Source of the DNA: Candidatus Micrarchaeota archaeon
Lineage (GTDB): Archaea; Micrarchaeota; Micrarchaeia; Anstonellales; Bilamarchaeaceae
NCBI GenBank assembly: GCA_043816005.1
Contig: JBDRIM010000080.1
Coordinates: 1 to 26,478 of the forward strand
Direction: 5' to 3'
Length of the DNA stretch: 26,478 nucleotides
Shown here: positions 24,209-26,478 of the stretch, piece after piece
Layout of the letters: each line of letters opens with the position of its first letter
Position numbering within the stretch: position 1 is the first letter of the stretch
Position numbers and translations under genes: made by a program
Notes under the pieces: model-generated
What the model was told of the DNA's origin: nothing
What the model saw: only the letters and a program-made list of their open reading frames with translations
Database searches by the model: none

Positions 24209-24297
24209 CGCGCTTCCTGATGGAACTATGTTCCATGGGCGCAGGGAACGAAGTTCCCTAGCGTTTAGTAACAAGCGCGGTAAAAACTTAGTAGTTA
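24209..24297 (+). repeat. Branched hairpin element with the AAAAACTTAG tail
   Basis: CGCGCTT/AAGCGCG encloses ATGGAAC-TAT-GTTCCAT and AGGGAAC-GAA-GTTCCCT, followed by TAAAAACTTAGTAGTTA. Confidence 0.6.
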
Positions 24298-24306
24298 TAG
24301 CGTAAG

Positions 24307-24462
24307 CTAACGCCAATACTCTCCTTTTCCTCGAAACAAAAAGTAGACGATCAAAGCAACTAGAAATATTACTGCCAAAATTGATAGAATCATGATAAGA
24401 TTGTCTGTGACAATAGACAGATCAAGCGTGTTGGGATCTGGAATGGAAGGCTGATATGCCAT
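24307..24462 (-). CDS. Small single-pass membrane protein (51 aa)
   Basis: MAYQPSIPDPNTLDLSIVTDNLIMILSILAVIFLVALIVYFLFRGKGEYWR; GAGGT RBS. Confidence 0.7.
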   Translation of the reverse strand: MAYQPSIPDPNTLDLSIVTDNLIMILSILAVIFLVALIVYFLFRGKGEYWR

Positions 24463-24549
24463 AAAAACCTCTTTGTTTTTTATTATTGAAAAGCCGTTCA
24501 ATGCCATGAATTAAATGTGAAGAGCAATTATAAATATGGAGTTGGAAAT

Positions 24550-25986
24550 ATGATTATGAAATTCGAAACGACCAGAGATGTTACCATCCCACAAGATCCG
24601 TTTGAAAGAATAATAGGCCAGTCTGAGGCAGTAGAAATTGCTAAGATGGTACCTTACCAAAGAAGGCATCTTTTACTTGTAGGACCACCAGGAACTGGAA
24701 AAAGCATGATTGCACAGGCAATTGCAAGCGTCCTTACTATTCCTAAATATGAAATATCAGTACTAGACAATCCTGAAAACCCTGAAAGACCAATTGTTGA
24801 GATAAGAGATGATAATCAAATTAAAAAGGAAATAAAACAAGAAAAACAAATTGGAACTGAGGTCGGACCTTTTGATGTTCCAACTTTTGTTTCTGAGAGA
24901 TTTGGTTTTAGATGTAGAAGATGCGCAGCGTTAAGTTCTTTTACAGAAATAGTATGCCCACAATGCGGTGCAGCAAAATCACAGAAAAATATGTTCGAAA
25001 AATTTAATATGCCACAGCAAGGAAATATGCACACAAATGAAGGAGACAGAATGAGAGTTGCAACAACAAGAAGGGACATAACAGGCAAAGAAGAGATTAT
25101 CATATATGATAGAACATCAGAGGGTAAAATACTCATGCTCAAACAAGCTGAAATAAAAAAGCTTGAAGAGATAAGCAGAAAATCAAAGAGAAAAGTCTTG
25201 GTTCCGTTAAAAAGACCAACATTTGTACAGGCAAGTGGAGGAAGTGAAACAGAATTATTAGGAGACATAAGACATGATCCTTATGGTGGCCATCCAAATC
25301 TTGGTACTGCATCGTATACGCGAGTTGTACCTGGTGCAGTGCATGAAGCACACGAAGGTGTTTTGTTTATAGATGAACTTTCAACCCTAGGGGAAATTCA
25401 AAGACATATACTCACTGCAATGCAAGAAAAACAATTTACTGTTGTTGGTAGAAACCCAATGAGCAGTGGTGCTGCAGTTCGTGTTGAAGGAGTGCCATGT
25501 GAATTTATCTTTGTCGGCGCGTGCAACATTAATGATTTGAAGTCTATTGTCCCCCCATTAAGATCTCGTATACGTGGCGATGGCTACGAAGTTTTGATGA
25601 ATGCTTATATGGAAGACAACCAAGAAAATGAAGATAAAATAATACAATTTATTGCACAAGAGATCATCAAGGATGGTAAAATACCACATGCTAATAAAGC
25701 GGCAGTCAATCTTATGGTTGATGAAGCACGAAATATTGCTAGGAAAATAGATACTGTAAATGGTTTTACTCTACGGCTTAGGAATCTAAGTGGCATAATA
25801 AAAATGGCCGGTGACATGGCCAAAACAGATAAACGCGAATTGATAGAGAAGAAAGATGTTGAAAAGGCCATAAAAGAATCCAAACCAATAGAAGAAAAAG
25901 TAAGAGAGAAATATGGTAGTTGGTGGGCTGCAGAAGCAGCAGATTACGGAACGAAAAGCGAAAAGGCAGGACCAGAAACTGCCTAG
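24550..25986 (+). CDS. LonB-like AAA+ ATPase lacking the protease domain, with Zn-ribbon insert
   Basis: FETT.DV.IP.DP.ERIIGQ, Walker A GPPGTGKS, LLGDIRHDPY, Walker B VLFIDE and PPLRSRIRGDGYEV. CRRC..CPQC insert. Ends without a Ser-Lys protease domain. Start 24550 or 24556. Confidence 0.88.
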   Translation: MIMKFETTRDVTIPQDPFERIIGQSEAVEIAKMVPYQRRHLLLVGPPGTGKSMIAQAIASVLTIPKYEISVLDNPENPERPIVEIRDDNQIKKEIKQEKQIGTEVGPFDVPTFVSERFGFRCRRCAALSSFTEIVCPQCGAAKSQKNMFEKFNMPQQGNMHTNEGDRMRVATTRRDITGKEEIIIYDRTSEGKILMLKQAEIKKLEEISRKSKRKVLVPLKRPTFVQASGGSETELLGDIRHDPYGGHPNLGTASYTRVVPGAVHEAHEGVLFIDELSTLGEIQRHILTAMQEKQFTVVGRNPMSSGAAVRVEGVPCEFIFVGACNINDLKSIVPPLRSRIRGDGYEVLMNAYMEDNQENEDKIIQFIAQEIIKDGKIPHANKAAVNLMVDEARNIARKIDTVNGFTLRLRNLSGIIKMAGDMAKTDKRELIEKKDVEKAIKESKPIEEKVREKYGSWWAAEAADYGTKSEKAGPETA

Positions 25987-26070
25987 TTGAAAGCATAACA
26001 AACTGACACTGACAAATGACGTAAATTACACCGCAACTAAATATATAAAATAGTACTGAGTGATTGATTT

Positions 26071-26478
26071 ATGAAGACTGAATCTATTTTGTTAATTGTT
26101 GGAGCTATCCTCATCGTTGCAGTTGTAGTATTTTTCATTGTGAATGCAACCCAAAATACAAATGCAAACCAAAATACAACCATAAATTCAAATGGACAAC
26201 TAATATCTTTGCCTTTCTTTGGAAATCCTGATGAGAAAATTATTTACCCAAGTTATTTTGAGATGGTAAAAAATAGAACAAGTAGGAGTTATTACGTTTA
26301 TTTTATACTGTACAATAAACCAGGTTTTCCAGTTGTTACTCCAGTTAAAGCAAACATAACAATGGTTGATAATGATGGTAACACCTTCTATTTTCAATCA
26401 TTTGACGTAAAAAATGAAGATTATGTGACATATATTTCAAGAATCAGTAAGAAAGATATAGGTAAAGCTTTCATAGTC
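26071..26478 (+). CDS. Membrane-anchored/secreted protein, truncated by the window edge
   Basis: MKTESILLIVGAILIVAVVVFFIVNATQNTNANQNTT...; open to the end of the window. TATATAAA box at about 26042. 18-bp tandem duplication at 26143-26178. Confidence 0.75.
   Translation, partial: MKTESILLIVGAILIVAVVVFFIVNATQNTNANQNTTINSNGQLISLPFFGNPDEKIIYPSYFEMVKNRTSRSYYVYFILYNKPGFPVVTPVKANITMVDNDGNTFYFQSFDVKNEDYVTYISRISKKDIGKAFIV

Noticed and set aside
24850..25200. Intein in the Lon ATPase
   Set aside because: No C/S start with HN-C/S/T end; the insert is a Zn ribbon plus helical segment.
26071..26145. Class III (pilin) signal peptide
   Set aside because: The hydrophobic stretch looks pilin-like, but the K/R-G/A cleavage motif is missing.
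15..26397. Remaining short ORFs overlapping assigned genes (e.g. 284-535, 5834-6142, 12752-13135, 15052-15480, 19383-19643, 24816-25268, 26200-26397)
   Set aside because: Antisense or alternate-frame shadows of well-supported genes, with no motifs.
1..26478. Autonomous mobile element, provirus or defence system
   Set aside because: No transposase, integrase, reverse transcriptase, capsid, cas or restriction-modification gene is recognisable in the window.

Overview
AT-rich archaeal chromosome segment. Archaeal-type S2, EF-1alpha, L7Ae, S28e and L24e, GGTGA/GGAGG ribosome-binding sites and TTTATA boxes are seen directly; a DPANN (Micrarchaeota-like) origin is an inference from gene content. 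1-7.9 kb is translation housekeeping: a probable tRNA 3' end, rps2, tuf, asnS (one extra A splits the frame), an RRM protein and the rpl7ae-rps28e-rpl24e-ndk operon with a k-loop in its leader. 8.0-17.9 kb is a compact nickel/hydrogenase island: NikR, a ZIP transporter, two small ORFs missing from the ORF track, DUF6390, EamA, a two-subunit group 3-like [NiFe] hydrogenase, a maturation protease, NikMN, a membrane DsbA fusion and SufS, with no hypABCDEF or diaphorase genes in the window. 17.9-26.5 kb holds a truncated PEP-synthase-like gene, tRNA-His with a 78-nt D-loop insertion, a PIN-XPF-beta-CASP nuclease cluster, a wHTH regulator followed by a tandem structured RNA, and a protease-less Lon ATPase. 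The most unusual signals are non-coding: (i) 'X-loop-X'-hairpin-X' cassettes of about 70 nt at the asnS 3' end (second copy fully synonymously recoded) and at the tRNA-His 5' end; (ii) a dispersed palindrome+CAAAAACT(T)AG repeat family; (iii) repeated hairpin+CCTCCCA modules.
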